A stretch of DNA of 64,000 nucleotides from a virus: IMG/VR virus record IMGVR_UViG_3300021963_000074, positions 26,743-90,742 of that record; one strand, given 5' to 3'. Numbering within the stretch: the stretch's first letter is position 1; the number at the start of each line of letters is the position of its first letter. The notes under the pieces were generated by a model. The model did not search any database. It worked only from the letters and a program-made list of their open reading frames with translations, and was not told where the DNA came from. The position numbers and the translations under genes were made by a program. Shown here in pieces: positions 29,867 through 39,083 of the stretch.

Positions 29867-30484
29867 TTTGACTTTAGTATGCAAGTCATCTATCGAACCA
29901 TTATTGTCTATGTAATGGTCATATTTTAATCCAACACTACTGTACTCACTTGCATGTACTTTTTGTTTGTCTAATTTAGTTTTACTTAAGGCCCACATAC
30001 TATTGCCATTAGCACCGCGATTAAATGCTACTGCGGCATCATACCATTTAGGTCTCTCACCGCGTTCTACCCTCATTGTGATTCCACCTGCATTTTTAAT
30101 AGCGTTTACTTCGTTGGCAAAACGACAGTCAGTAATAACAATATTGTCTTTAGTCTTGCGTAATTGATTTTCTACACTTGCTACCCAGATATCATTGTGA
30201 AATCCATTGCGACAAACTTCTGTTCCCCATTGTTGCAATACCCATCTAGGAGTAAGTTCAGGGATGTTTAATCGTTCACTCCACCACACATCTAATTGCT
30301 CTCGCCATTCTCTACTAGACTTTGTAGTTCCCTCTAGTAATTCTCGGTCCCAACCAAAAACTGCGGAACAAGCATCTTTGAGTGTACCTGCAAAACTAAT
30401 TCTTTTATACCCGTGAAATGTAGTAAGATAGTCAGCAATAGTGTCTTTGCCGCTACCAATAAACCCAGTGATACCTATAATCAT
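29849..30484 (-). CDS. Deoxynucleoside monophosphate kinase (T4 gp1-like)
   Basis: GFIGSGKDT, TPRWVLQQWGTE, DCRFANE and HASE motifs. Confidence 0.9.
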   Translation of the reverse strand: MIIGITGFIGSGKDTIADYLTTFHGYKRISFAGTLKDACSAVFGWDRELLEGTTKSSREWREQLDVWWSERLNIPELTPRWVLQQWGTEVCRNGFHNDIWVASVENQLRKTKDNIVITDCRFANEVNAIKNAGGITMRVERGERPKWYDAAVAFNRGANGNSMWALSKTKLDKQKVHASEYSSVGLKYDHYIDNNGSIDDLHTKVKSIINL

Positions 30485-30492
30485 TTATCAAC

Positions 30493-30532
30493 TCCTGTAC
30501 AATATTATATTACAGGACTATGAAAAAGTAAA
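30493..30532 (-). promoter_or_regulatory. Sigma70-type promoter with RBS-occluding hairpin
   Basis: TTTACT-N17-TATAAT. TCCTGTA/TACAGGA stem pairs with the AGGA RBS. Confidence 0.7.
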
Positions 30533-30539
30533 CCTTCAT

Positions 30540-31301
30540 TTAACCAATTACAAATGATAGCGGTTGACTATAATCTACAAAACGCTTTAAGTCTTCCAAT
30601 AATTGGTCTTGCATTGCTTTGCCTTCAGCCTTTAATGTAGCTCCATTAAGTGTGGTGCCACCACCCGGACCTGCAATACTAGCAAACTTTTCACGGGCTT
30701 CACCTAACATTAATTTTAATTGGCTAAGTGTCCAGTCACCTATCCAAATGCCAGCACCAGGATCCTGCAATAAAACTTGTTCAGGCTTTTGAATATCTGC
30801 CCATATCAATACTTGTTCTCCGCTACCTTTAGGGTCACGGACAATACGCAATTCTTTTGTTACAGGATTGAATGTGAATATAACATATCCACCGAACATA
30901 CGTGCCGCTAATTCAATATACTGAGCATAGAAGTCATAGGTAGCTAAACCACCTGCTTGGTTATAATTTAGCAAATAGGTATTAAGAATGGCACTACTAA
31001 AAGGGTCGAAACTGCTTGCGGCAGGGCCTGTCTCTAAACCAACCGTTCTACGAAATAATTGTCTTACATTAATGAATTCCGAAGGTAATGTATATACATC
31101 TACATTTCTTTCTATCTTTAATAGGGTATAAGATTCTTGTGTAGAATTCTGAGCCCGTTGTCTATAAATTTTAACTGCATATTGATATGCAGCCTCATAG
31201 TGTTCAGGGTCTAATTCCACATCAACTATTCCGCCACCAAGACGTAAATTTAAATTTCTAAATAGGTCTTCTTTTAATTCGTCCAGCGTAGTACCAGCCA
31301 T
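30540..31301 (-). CDS. Neck protein (T4 gp13-like)
   Basis: LRLGGGIVDVEL, KF..I.GPGGG.TLNG and C-terminal FVIG motifs. Confidence 0.85.
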   Translation of the reverse strand: MAGTTLDELKEDLFRNLNLRLGGGIVDVELDPEHYEAAYQYAVKIYRQRAQNSTQESYTLLKIERNVDVYTLPSEFINVRQLFRRTVGLETGPAASSFDPFSSAILNTYLLNYNQAGGLATYDFYAQYIELAARMFGGYVIFTFNPVTKELRIVRDPKGSGEQVLIWADIQKPEQVLLQDPGAGIWIGDWTLSQLKLMLGEAREKFASIAGPGGGTTLNGATLKAEGKAMQDQLLEDLKRFVDYSQPLSFVIG

Positions 31302-31304
31302 AAT

Positions 31305-31335
31305 GTTCTCCAGATAGTGTATTTATCTGGAGAAC
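31305..31335 (-). promoter_or_regulatory. Late promoter in a 12-bp RBS-sequestering hairpin
   Basis: GTTCTCCAGATA-AATACAC-TATCTGGAGAAC-ATT-ATG. Confidence 0.8.
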
Positions 31336-31343
31336 CGTTCATC

Positions 31344-31775
31344 TTACAAATCGCCTTCTTTACGATTCTCTGAGTAATGAACGTCAAACTCACCACCAGG
31401 ATAACGTGCTTTAAGTTTCTCTACGTTCTCAGCAATAACTTCGTTAGGGTCTAGGTTAAGTGCCCTACAAGCATTGATCCAGTACCACATGATATCACCT
31501 AACTCACGTTTCATGTGAAAGAGATTTTCTTCATTGAGTGGTTTACCTTGAAAGAAAATCTTTTTAGGGATCTCAGTAAATTCTCCTGACTCTGATGCAA
31601 GTCCGAGACATGCAGTAAGCAACAGAGGCACATTAACATCAGGGCCATGTTGTCCATCACCTACATAATTTCCGTCTAGTTCATCACACCGATTCATAAA
31701 AGTTGTCAAGTCGTTGCTTGGTTGACTTGTGACAGCCTCTACAAATTCGCTATATTTTTTCAAATCTACATTCAT
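31344..31775 (-). CDS. MazG-like nucleotide pyrophosphohydrolase
   Basis: GLASESGEFTEIPKK, ELGDIMWY and NVEKLKARYP motifs. Confidence 0.88.
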   Translation of the reverse strand: MNVDLKKYSEFVEAVTSQPSNDLTTFMNRCDELDGNYVGDGQHGPDVNVPLLLTACLGLASESGEFTEIPKKIFFQGKPLNEENLFHMKRELGDIMWYWINACRALNLDPNEVIAENVEKLKARYPGGEFDVHYSENRKEGDL

Positions 31776-31948
31776 GGCATGCTCCAAGCATCAAATGCAA
31801 GAACGAATCCCACAAATAGTAAAATAAATCCAGTACTGGTTTGTCCAATTGCTAGTGAGGCAATACCACATAGCATATTTCCAATACCTAAGGTGTAGCC
31901 TACCTTTTTACGATTTTCACCTAACCAAAATACAAGTTTGTTCATCAT
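31772..31948 (-). CDS. Small two-TM membrane protein (58 aa)
   Basis: Hand translation MMNKLVFWLGENRKK...FVLAFDAWSMP. AAGGAG RBS and ATGA overlap with the MazG-like gene. Confidence 0.75.
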   Translation of the reverse strand: MMNKLVFWLGENRKKVGYTLGIGNMLCGIASLAIGQTSTGFILLFVGFVLAFDAWSMP

Positions 31949-31969
31949 TTTAATAACTCCTTATGCGCT

Positions 31970-31998
31970 ATTATACACAAGAATCCATATAATTTCAA
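31970..31998 (-). promoter_or_regulatory. Sigma70-type promoter
   Basis: TTGAAA-N17-TATAAT. Confidence 0.7.
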
Positions 31999-32074
31999 AT
32001 AAATTGGACTAAATATAAGTGTAGTTCGCGGAACGGGAATTCCCAACTACTTTAACGCTTGAAGGAGCATCAAC

Positions 32075-32776
32075 ATGATATTTAGCAAAAATAACTATCC
32101 GACGGGATTTTATGTGTACGCATATCTGCGTAATAATGGAACACCGTACTATATCGGAAAAGGTAAAAGTAAACGGGCAATTGAAAAACACTCCGTCAGT
32201 GTACCGAAAAACTTTGAAAAAATAATAATACTTGAAAAAGATTTATCTGAATTAGGTGCCTTTGCCATTGAAAGAAGAATGATTCGTTGGTATGGGAGAA
32301 AAGACTTGGGAACCGGTGTACTGCTGAACCGCACCAACGGGGGTGAGGGTAATTCAGGGATAGTTCAGACTGAGGAGTCAAAACGAAAACGGTCTGAAAA
32401 ATTAAAGGGGAAACCTAGTGCTAGACAAAACTACAAAACTTCTGACAAAACTAAAGAAAAGTTAAGAGTGGTATTGACTGGGAAAACAAGAAGTGACCAA
32501 CATAAAATTAATAATGCTATGGCTAACAAGGGTAAGAAAAGGTCTGCTGAACAAAATGAAGCTAACCGAATAAGAAATTTAGGGCAGAGCAATGCAAATT
32601 ATGACGCTACCATGTATTCGTTTACTCATCTTAATGGCGTGATTGAAACATGCACTAGAAACAAGTTTAGTAAAAAGTATAGTATTCCGGTCGGAGATAT
32701 AGGAAGAGTTACTTCTGGAAAATTAAAAAAGATTAAGGGATGGTTTATCACCCCTTATCTTCTTACCAAGCCTTAA
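32075..32776 (+). mobile_element. Free-standing GIY-YIG homing endonuclease with NUMOD3-like repeats
   Basis: [23 protein letters not shown] and SEE/K.K.S basic repeats. Opposite strand to its neighbours. Confidence 0.85.
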
Positions 32777-33923
32777 GAACAATCATATTGTCATTTGTCC
32801 TACCATTAGGGGTAGTACCCACAGCCTTCACTTCGTCAAAGAACTTTCTACCCGCGGGCTTACCTAACTTCATAAATTCTTTTAGCTGGTCTCCGGGTTT
32901 CCGCAAAGTCTTAGATTGGCTCTTGTTGATGTCGATACCTAGAATTGCAGTTCCCTTGACAGTAAATGACTTACTATACTCATCCGCAACTAGATAAACT
33001 AGTTTACGCTTTACTGTATCATACAGATAACATTCACTAGAGCCATGAAGTTTAGTTGGATGCACACTAATCAAATCCAATTTATTGATTGGATCCTTGA
33101 ATTCTTTCAAGTACTTCAATTTAGCTACAATCTTCTCAATAGGTACCGCTTTCTTTTTACGTGGTGCTTTGCTGGCTTTCTTAATTGAGATATAGCTATT
33201 AAGGTCACTCAACACCTGCTCAATAAATTTAAGTGTATTACGCAATTTAACTTTGCCCAAATAATTATAGGCTTCTGCCAATTGCTCATCCTCACCCTGA
33301 GAAACCATATCAAATTCTTGTTGTTTACGTTTCCAGATTTCAACAATCAATGGGATATGCTGGGGCATGACATTAAACTTAGCAACAATGTCAACTGTTT
33401 TTTGTGTGACTTTCTGGTCAGTGATCCATTCATCAAAAATAGATTCTAGTTCACCTGCGGCTTCTAGTGCTTTTTCACGCATAATCTCTTGCACATTAGG
33501 ACGATTGCTAGGTTCTTTTTCTTTTTCAACCACTTCGGGTTTGTTGACCAATTTGTACAAACGGCTTATCTCATTTTCAAGGGTAGTTGATTCATGTTCA
33601 TTAAGTTCCAGTCCACGCAATGTCATGCGGGCTAGCCAGCACAATGTCATCAAAAACTCAGATTCGTGAACCTTACGCAAATGTTTGGCTTCAACAATGC
33701 GATTATGATATTCTAAGTATGAACAAAGCAACTCTTTGGCATCTTTTTTACCATAAAAACGATTGTACCATGTAAAACTTTGTGTCAATGCCAAAGTTCT
33801 ACGATCACTATCGGGTTGCAATGGGAAGAAGGGTTCTTCACCCATATATTTTGTGTCAGCATCACGTGGATTTAGTGCTTTGACAAAGTGGTCAGAAGTT
33901 GGTTTGGGTTTACGTGTCGCCAT
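32763..33923 (-). CDS. Hypothetical early protein
   Basis: 386-aa ORF with consensus promoter and AGGAG RBS. Confidence 0.8.
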   Translation of the reverse strand: MATRKPKPTSDHFVKALNPRDADTKYMGEEPFFPLQPDSDRRTLALTQSFTWYNRFYGKKDAKELLCSYLEYHNRIVEAKHLRKVHESEFLMTLCWLARMTLRGLELNEHESTTLENEISRLYKLVNKPEVVEKEKEPSNRPNVQEIMREKALEAAGELESIFDEWITDQKVTQKTVDIVAKFNVMPQHIPLIVEIWKRKQQEFDMVSQGEDEQLAEAYNYLGKVKLRNTLKFIEQVLSDLNSYISIKKASKAPRKKKAVPIEKIVAKLKYLKEFKDPINKLDLISVHPTKLHGSSECYLYDTVKRKLVYLVADEYSKSFTVKGTAILGIDINKSQSKTLRKPGDQLKEFMKLGKPAGRKFFDEVKAVGTTPNGRTNDNMIVLKAW

Positions 33924-33947
33924 GTGTTCTCCTATTACGATTCATGT

Positions 33948-33976
33948 ATTATATATGATATTCCATTATTTGTCAA
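33948..33976 (-). promoter_or_regulatory. Consensus sigma70 early promoter
   Basis: TTGACA-N17-TATAAT. Confidence 0.88.
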
Positions 33977-34026
33977 GTTCTATAGGTAATACTTTAGACA
34001 TAAATACTAAGTAAACGGATAACAAC

Positions 34027-35958
34027 ATGCCTAGACTCTCATTATATCGTCCACAGAAATCAAATGATTATAGATTCCTTGATAGAACAATCAAGGAGAT
34101 GTTTGTCGTGGGAGGAACGGATTTATATGTTCACAAGTATTTAGGCATACCAGATACCGGGGCTAGTGCTGATTTGACACAACCTCAATACGATACTCTG
34201 GACCCGACTAACATACAGGATTTACTATTCTTAGAAAATCGTGATAGAAAGTATGATACTAGCATTTATAGAATTCGTGGTCACTATAATGTAATGAATT
34301 TAGACTTTGACCTAAGTCAGTTTGGATTGTTTCTAAACAATGATATCATTTTTATAACTATACATTATAATGATATGATAGAACTAATAGGTCGTAAATT
34401 AATGGTAGGTGACGTATTAGAGTTGCCTCACTTGACTGACTATCATCCACTCAATGAAACTATACCAGTAGGGTTGCGTAGATATTATCAAGTTACTGAT
34501 GGTAACTTTGCTAGTGAAGGTTTTAGTCAAACATGGTACCCACACTTGTGGCGTGTGAAATGTGAACCATTAGTTGATAGTCAAGAATTTAGCAACATAT
34601 TAAGTCAGCCGTTAGAAAAAGATAACTTCTTAGGTGATTGGGATCCTACTAAAACATATATCATTCCTGCAGGACAAACATATACAATTCAATATGGTGA
34701 CAAGACTTATACAATCACCGGGGCAAGTCCAGGTGGCACCACAGTACCTGCAGGGGTCGCCCCAACGGATCCGTTATATTGGCAGCTTAGTACTGCTGAT
34801 AATCTACGTGATATTATAGGTAGATACAATAAGAACATTGAAATCAATGATGCAGTGATTGCAGAAGCAAGTAGATTATTACCTAAGACAGGTTACGATA
34901 GAAGTCAATTGTATCTTGTACCTACATTAGATGGTGAACCGGAACCTCCAGTCAATATTATTGCACCAACTGGAAATCCTGTACCAACTAGAGCTACTGT
35001 ATTCTTAATGTCAAATCCTATGTACAAGAATCCAAGTCCAGTGCTTAGAATAGGTGCTGAGGCTCGTAAAAAATTATGGAGTTTAACCGGCAACGATGCT
35101 GATAAATTACGTGAACAACTTGCAATCACTCTAAAGACTGCAAAATTAGCGCCACAACGTACTGACACCGGTAGTGGTCAGGTAGATGGTACATTAGTGT
35201 TGTTGGCTAAAGCTACTGGACCTGTCTCTGCTCCATATGGTACAGCAGATAATACATATAGTACCGCAGACAACTTCCCGACATTCACTCTTACGTCACT
35301 AGCAGTACCAATTGGAAGTACCGTTATTAGTGTGCAACCTTTAAATGTTACTCAAGACATTGCACCATTGAACAATCTATCAGCGTTTATTTCATCAGTA
35401 AATGGTACAAGAACAGATATATTTGACTATGGTACACGAATTGTTAGTGTGGATAGAGTAAACAACACATTTGTTGTAGATATTCCTACAGTAGCCTTTA
35501 TGCCAGCTGGTACTGAGATTACAATTGAACCTAATTTCCCATATACAATTAGTCAACAAATGGATTTCCGTGCTGACTGTGATCCTAGATTTGTATATGT
35601 AACCCGATCAAGCCCACAAGGATTTGGTTATACAGATGGTTACATGATCGGGGACGGGACAGCACCTAATGGATTCCCAGTTGGATCAGGTATAACTTTC
35701 CCTGTACAACCCGCAGTAGGAGATTACTTCTTACGTACAGATTATCTACCTAACTTATTATATCGTTGGGACGGTTCACTATGGATTAGAATTGGTCAGA
35801 GTTCACGTGCAGGAGTAGCATTTGATTCTACTGTACCAGGACAACAATCACAATTGTCATCTTTCATCAACAATACACAAACATTAACATTAACAGATGG
35901 TACAGTAGTACCACAACAGCAACCATTGTCAACACTATTGACGATACAACCAGATTAA
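34027..35958 (+). CDS. Neck/head closure protein (gp14-like) with C-terminal extension
   Basis: FDLSQFGLFL..D.I, GDVLELPH, W...CEP. Precedes the gp15-like gene. Confidence 0.7.
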   Translation: MPRLSLYRPQKSNDYRFLDRTIKEMFVVGGTDLYVHKYLGIPDTGASADLTQPQYDTLDPTNIQDLLFLENRDRKYDTSIYRIRGHYNVMNLDFDLSQFGLFLNNDIIFITIHYNDMIELIGRKLMVGDVLELPHLTDYHPLNETIPVGLRRYYQVTDGNFASEGFSQTWYPHLWRVKCEPLVDSQEFSNILSQPLEKDNFLGDWDPTKTYIIPAGQTYTIQYGDKTYTITGASPGGTTVPAGVAPTDPLYWQLSTADNLRDIIGRYNKNIEINDAVIAEASRLLPKTGYDRSQLYLVPTLDGEPEPPVNIIAPTGNPVPTRATVFLMSNPMYKNPSPVLRIGAEARKKLWSLTGNDADKLREQLAITLKTAKLAPQRTDTGSGQVDGTLVLLAKATGPVSAPYGTADNTYSTADNFPTFTLTSLAVPIGSTVISVQPLNVTQDIAPLNNLSAFISSVNGTRTDIFDYGTRIVSVDRVNNTFVVDIPTVAFMPAGTEITIEPNFPYTISQQMDFRADCDPRFVYVTRSSPQGFGYTDGYMIGDGTAPNGFPVGSGITFPVQPAVGDYFLRTDYLPNLLYRWDGSLWIRIGQSSRAGVAFDSTVPGQQSQLSSFINNTQTLTLTDGTVVPQQQPLSTLLTIQPD

Positions 35959-35966
35959 GGTTTATA

Positions 35967-37337
35967 ATGGCACAGTTTTTTTACGACAATCAAATAAGAA
36001 GATTCTTAATTCAGTTTGCAAGAATTTTCAGCAATTGGCAAGTAACTAAAGGCAAAGACCCTGCAGGTAATGACATACTTATACGTGTCCCTATTCAGTA
36101 TGGTGATTCAAGTCGTATGGCTAGTACGCAAATTGCACAGAATAGTCCTAGCAGTTTACCTAGCGCGCCTTTGATTACGTATTACATTAGTGGATTAGAA
36201 TATGATCAGAAAAGAACACAGGATCCTTATTTTATTGATAAGGTAAGTGTTCGTCAACGTCAGTATAATACAGAGACTCAAAGTTATCAAACAACACAAG
36301 GGCAAGCATTTACAGTAGAACGTGTAATGCCAGTTCCTTATACATTACGAATAACAGTAGATTTTTGGACAACTAACTATTTGCAAAAATTAGAATTGAT
36401 AGAACAACTAGGTGTATTATTCAATCCTAGTATGGAACTACAAAGCACAGATAACTTTATTGATTGGACCAGTTTAAGTGTTGTATATCAAGATGGATTG
36501 ACATTCAGTAGTAGAACAATACCACAAGGTACTGGCAACCCTATTGATGTGTTGACTTGGAAGTTTTATATGCCAATCTGGATTAGCAGTCCTGCTAAGA
36601 TTAAGAAACTTGGTGTTATTCATAAAATTATTGCTAGTATATTTAAGGGCAATGCTCTTACAGATATGCAAGATGATGATATGTTATTGGGAACTAGACA
36701 AAAGATTACCCCCTATGGTTATAAAATATTGTTCATAGGTAACACATTACAAATATTACCTAGCAACGAGGCTTTTTATCCAAGAAATACAGACTTAGAT
36801 TTACCAACTAACCCTGATACAACCGTGTATTGGCAAAGCGTATTGAATGTATATGGCACTGTACGCCCCGGTATCAGTCAGATTTGGTTACAGAATCCAT
36901 ATATGGATACCGAGATTGTAGGTACAATTGCGTTTAATCCAACTGATGATAGATTATTAATATATGACATTGACGTTGACACATTGCCAGAAAATACTTT
37001 GCAGGCTGTAGATAGTGTTGTCAACCCGTTACTAAAAGGTCCAGGTCATGGATTGCCAGAGGCTGAATCAGGTCAGCGTTATCTTATTGTAGAGGCTATT
37101 GGCAGTGAATTGAATACTGATCCATCTATTGCATGGGGTAATGTAGTTGCTAATGCTAATGACATTATTGAATTTGATGGTCTTGATTGGGTAGTAAGTT
37201 TTGATAGTGTTAACACATTGAATCTTGAATATGTTACTAACCTAACGACTGAAGTTCAATATCGTTGGGCAGAAAGTATGTGGATGAAATCATACGAAGG
37301 ATGGTATGAGCAAGGGGATTATTCTATCGTAATCTAA
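35967..37337 (+). CDS. Tail terminator/sheath stabiliser (gp15-like)
   Basis: FFYDNQIRR, VPIQYG, PVPYTL and EQL..LFNP motifs. Confidence 0.8.
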   Translation: MAQFFYDNQIRRFLIQFARIFSNWQVTKGKDPAGNDILIRVPIQYGDSSRMASTQIAQNSPSSLPSAPLITYYISGLEYDQKRTQDPYFIDKVSVRQRQYNTETQSYQTTQGQAFTVERVMPVPYTLRITVDFWTTNYLQKLELIEQLGVLFNPSMELQSTDNFIDWTSLSVVYQDGLTFSSRTIPQGTGNPIDVLTWKFYMPIWISSPAKIKKLGVIHKIIASIFKGNALTDMQDDDMLLGTRQKITPYGYKILFIGNTLQILPSNEAFYPRNTDLDLPTNPDTTVYWQSVLNVYGTVRPGISQIWLQNPYMDTEIVGTIAFNPTDDRLLIYDIDVDTLPENTLQAVDSVVNPLLKGPGHGLPEAESGQRYLIVEAIGSELNTDPSIAWGNVVANANDIIEFDGLDWVVSFDSVNTLNLEYVTNLTTEVQYRWAESMWMKSYEGWYEQGDYSIVI

Positions 37338-37356
37338 TACTGTGATAAATCATAGT

Positions 37357-37785
37357 ATGACTAATATCATCTATAATAATTCTGCAGGTGTATTCTTTTA
37401 TTCACAAGACACTCAAAGATTTTTATACCTATTACGCAGTGATGATAAGAATCCGGGCAATTGGGGTATACCCGGCGGCAAAATAGAACAGAATGAAACT
37501 CTGTTTGAAGGTCTTGAACGTGAATGCTTAGAAGAAATAAGTTATTTTCCCAACGATGCAAAATTAATACCCATTCAAAAATTTGTTAATAATACATTCA
37601 CTTATCATACATTTTTTTGCAAGATAGAGAAAGAATTCATACCCACATTAAACGATGAACATTGTGGCTATGCATGGTTAGATCAATTACATTACCCAAA
37701 ACCATTACATCCCGGATTGTTTAACACAATAAATTTTGACGTTGTTCAAACTAAATTACAAAACCTCATAAAAAAAGCCGCATGA
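37357..37785 (+). CDS. NUDIX hydrolase
   Basis: PGGKIEQNETLFEGLERECLEEI Nudix box. Confidence 0.88.
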   Translation: MTNIIYNNSAGVFFYSQDTQRFLYLLRSDDKNPGNWGIPGGKIEQNETLFEGLERECLEEISYFPNDAKLIPIQKFVNNTFTYHTFFCKIEKEFIPTLNDEHCGYAWLDQLHYPKPLHPGLFNTINFDVVQTKLQNLIKKAA

Positions 37786-37800
37786 AGCGGCTTTTTGTTT
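37770..37800. terminator. Bidirectional intrinsic terminator
   Basis: A-run-GCCGC-ATGAA-GCGGC-T-run between convergent genes. Confidence 0.85.
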
Positions 37801-37813
37801 CAGTATAAACTGA

Positions 37814-38977
37814 TTAGCAATAGTTATCAACTGCAACGTAGATTAAGCCTGTTGCGTCATCAGGAGTATCACTTGCACCATCTAATGTTGCAATATACTT
37901 AGTACCTGGATTTTCATCTGTACCATTGTCAGTAAAGTCAACAGCAAAATGGTCAGTAACATAAGCCGCAAACACATCTGATCCACTAGCTTTGTTTAGA
38001 TTAATGTTCATTTCATTTCTAGTTAAACTTGCATCAGCCGTATTTACTAATGTACAAACACCAATTGGATATACAACACCGGTAGTAGTTAAACCAACAC
38101 CATTAACTGAAGCAGTAAAAATCTTACCTGCGGCTGCATCTGGGCCTGCTCCCAATGCTTCCCAATCTGTAGTACCCACACTACTAATTATATAACTACC
38201 ACCTGCACAAATAAATTCATCTTGAACAGAATTTTTTTCTATAACCAAGAATTTTCTTTTACCTTTTTGTCGAACAATATATCCGTCATTAGCTGCCGGA
38301 GTAGAGTTAGTGAATGCACTATTAGTTACGGTAGCTGTTGCGGCTGCATCTAATGTGATTGATGGATACTGTTCTGCTGTAATGTCAGCAGTTTCAGCAG
38401 TCAAGTCAAGTTGTGTACCACCTGGAGTAGCACTAACTGTGAAATGTGTACTATCAACAACTGTTTTTACATAATAAACTACACCACCAGTTAGACCTGC
38501 ATAGTTAGTAGACAATACAACTGGACCATTAGCAACCAATGCTGTAGCAGCTACTGCACCTTTAGTTGTAAAACTATCTGTAGCACCAGCTGTTGACGCA
38601 TCAATAGTGATGGTTGGTACTGGTGTGTTAATTGTATTAACTGTACCTAGTGCGGCTACAGTAGGATCTGTCAATGCATCACCTGCATAGATTGAATCAC
38701 CTACATCAACTGTATTAGCGTAATCAGTGATACCATCACCCCAAATTACTGCAATACCTGATGTACTGTTAACTACACCATATTGTTTTTTCTCAATAGC
38801 AACAGAGCATGTAATTTGGTCACTGTTATTGAAAGCAGAAATTTCTCCACCTAGAATACCAGGATAGCTTCTGCTAAATCCATTATCGGTTGTTCCATCG
38901 TTTGGATAACCGTTATCTACTTCACCATCTGGATCGGCAGCTGCCTGAGTTTTAATTATTTTTAAAGGACGTCCCAT
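37814..38977 (-). CDS. Virion structural protein
   Basis: A/T/D-rich beta-type composition, strong RBS, late promoter. Confidence 0.65.
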   Translation of the reverse strand: MGRPLKIIKTQAAADPDGEVDNGYPNDGTTDNGFSRSYPGILGGEISAFNNSDQITCSVAIEKKQYGVVNSTSGIAVIWGDGITDYANTVDVGDSIYAGDALTDPTVAALGTVNTINTPVPTITIDASTAGATDSFTTKGAVAATALVANGPVVLSTNYAGLTGGVVYYVKTVVDSTHFTVSATPGGTQLDLTAETADITAEQYPSITLDAAATATVTNSAFTNSTPAANDGYIVRQKGKRKFLVIEKNSVQDEFICAGGSYIISSVGTTDWEALGAGPDAAAGKIFTASVNGVGLTTTGVVYPIGVCTLVNTADASLTRNEMNINLNKASGSDVFAAYVTDHFAVDFTDNGTDENPGTKYIATLDGASDTPDDATGLIYVAVDNYC

Positions 38978-39000
38978 TTGTTTTTCTCCTTGTGTTAGTT

Positions 39001-39067
39001 GTGGGTTCTAGCCACTACGCGGCGGGGACCGCATAAATTCTCAGAATGAGAATGTACTAAGTATTTA
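39001..39067 (-). promoter_or_regulatory. Late promoter followed by a three-hairpin structured 5' leader
   Basis: TAAATA, then ATTCTCA/TGAGAAT, TATGCGG/CCGCGTA and GTGG/CCAC stems. Confidence 0.55.
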
Positions 39068-39083
39068 TCAAAAATTAGTAAGA

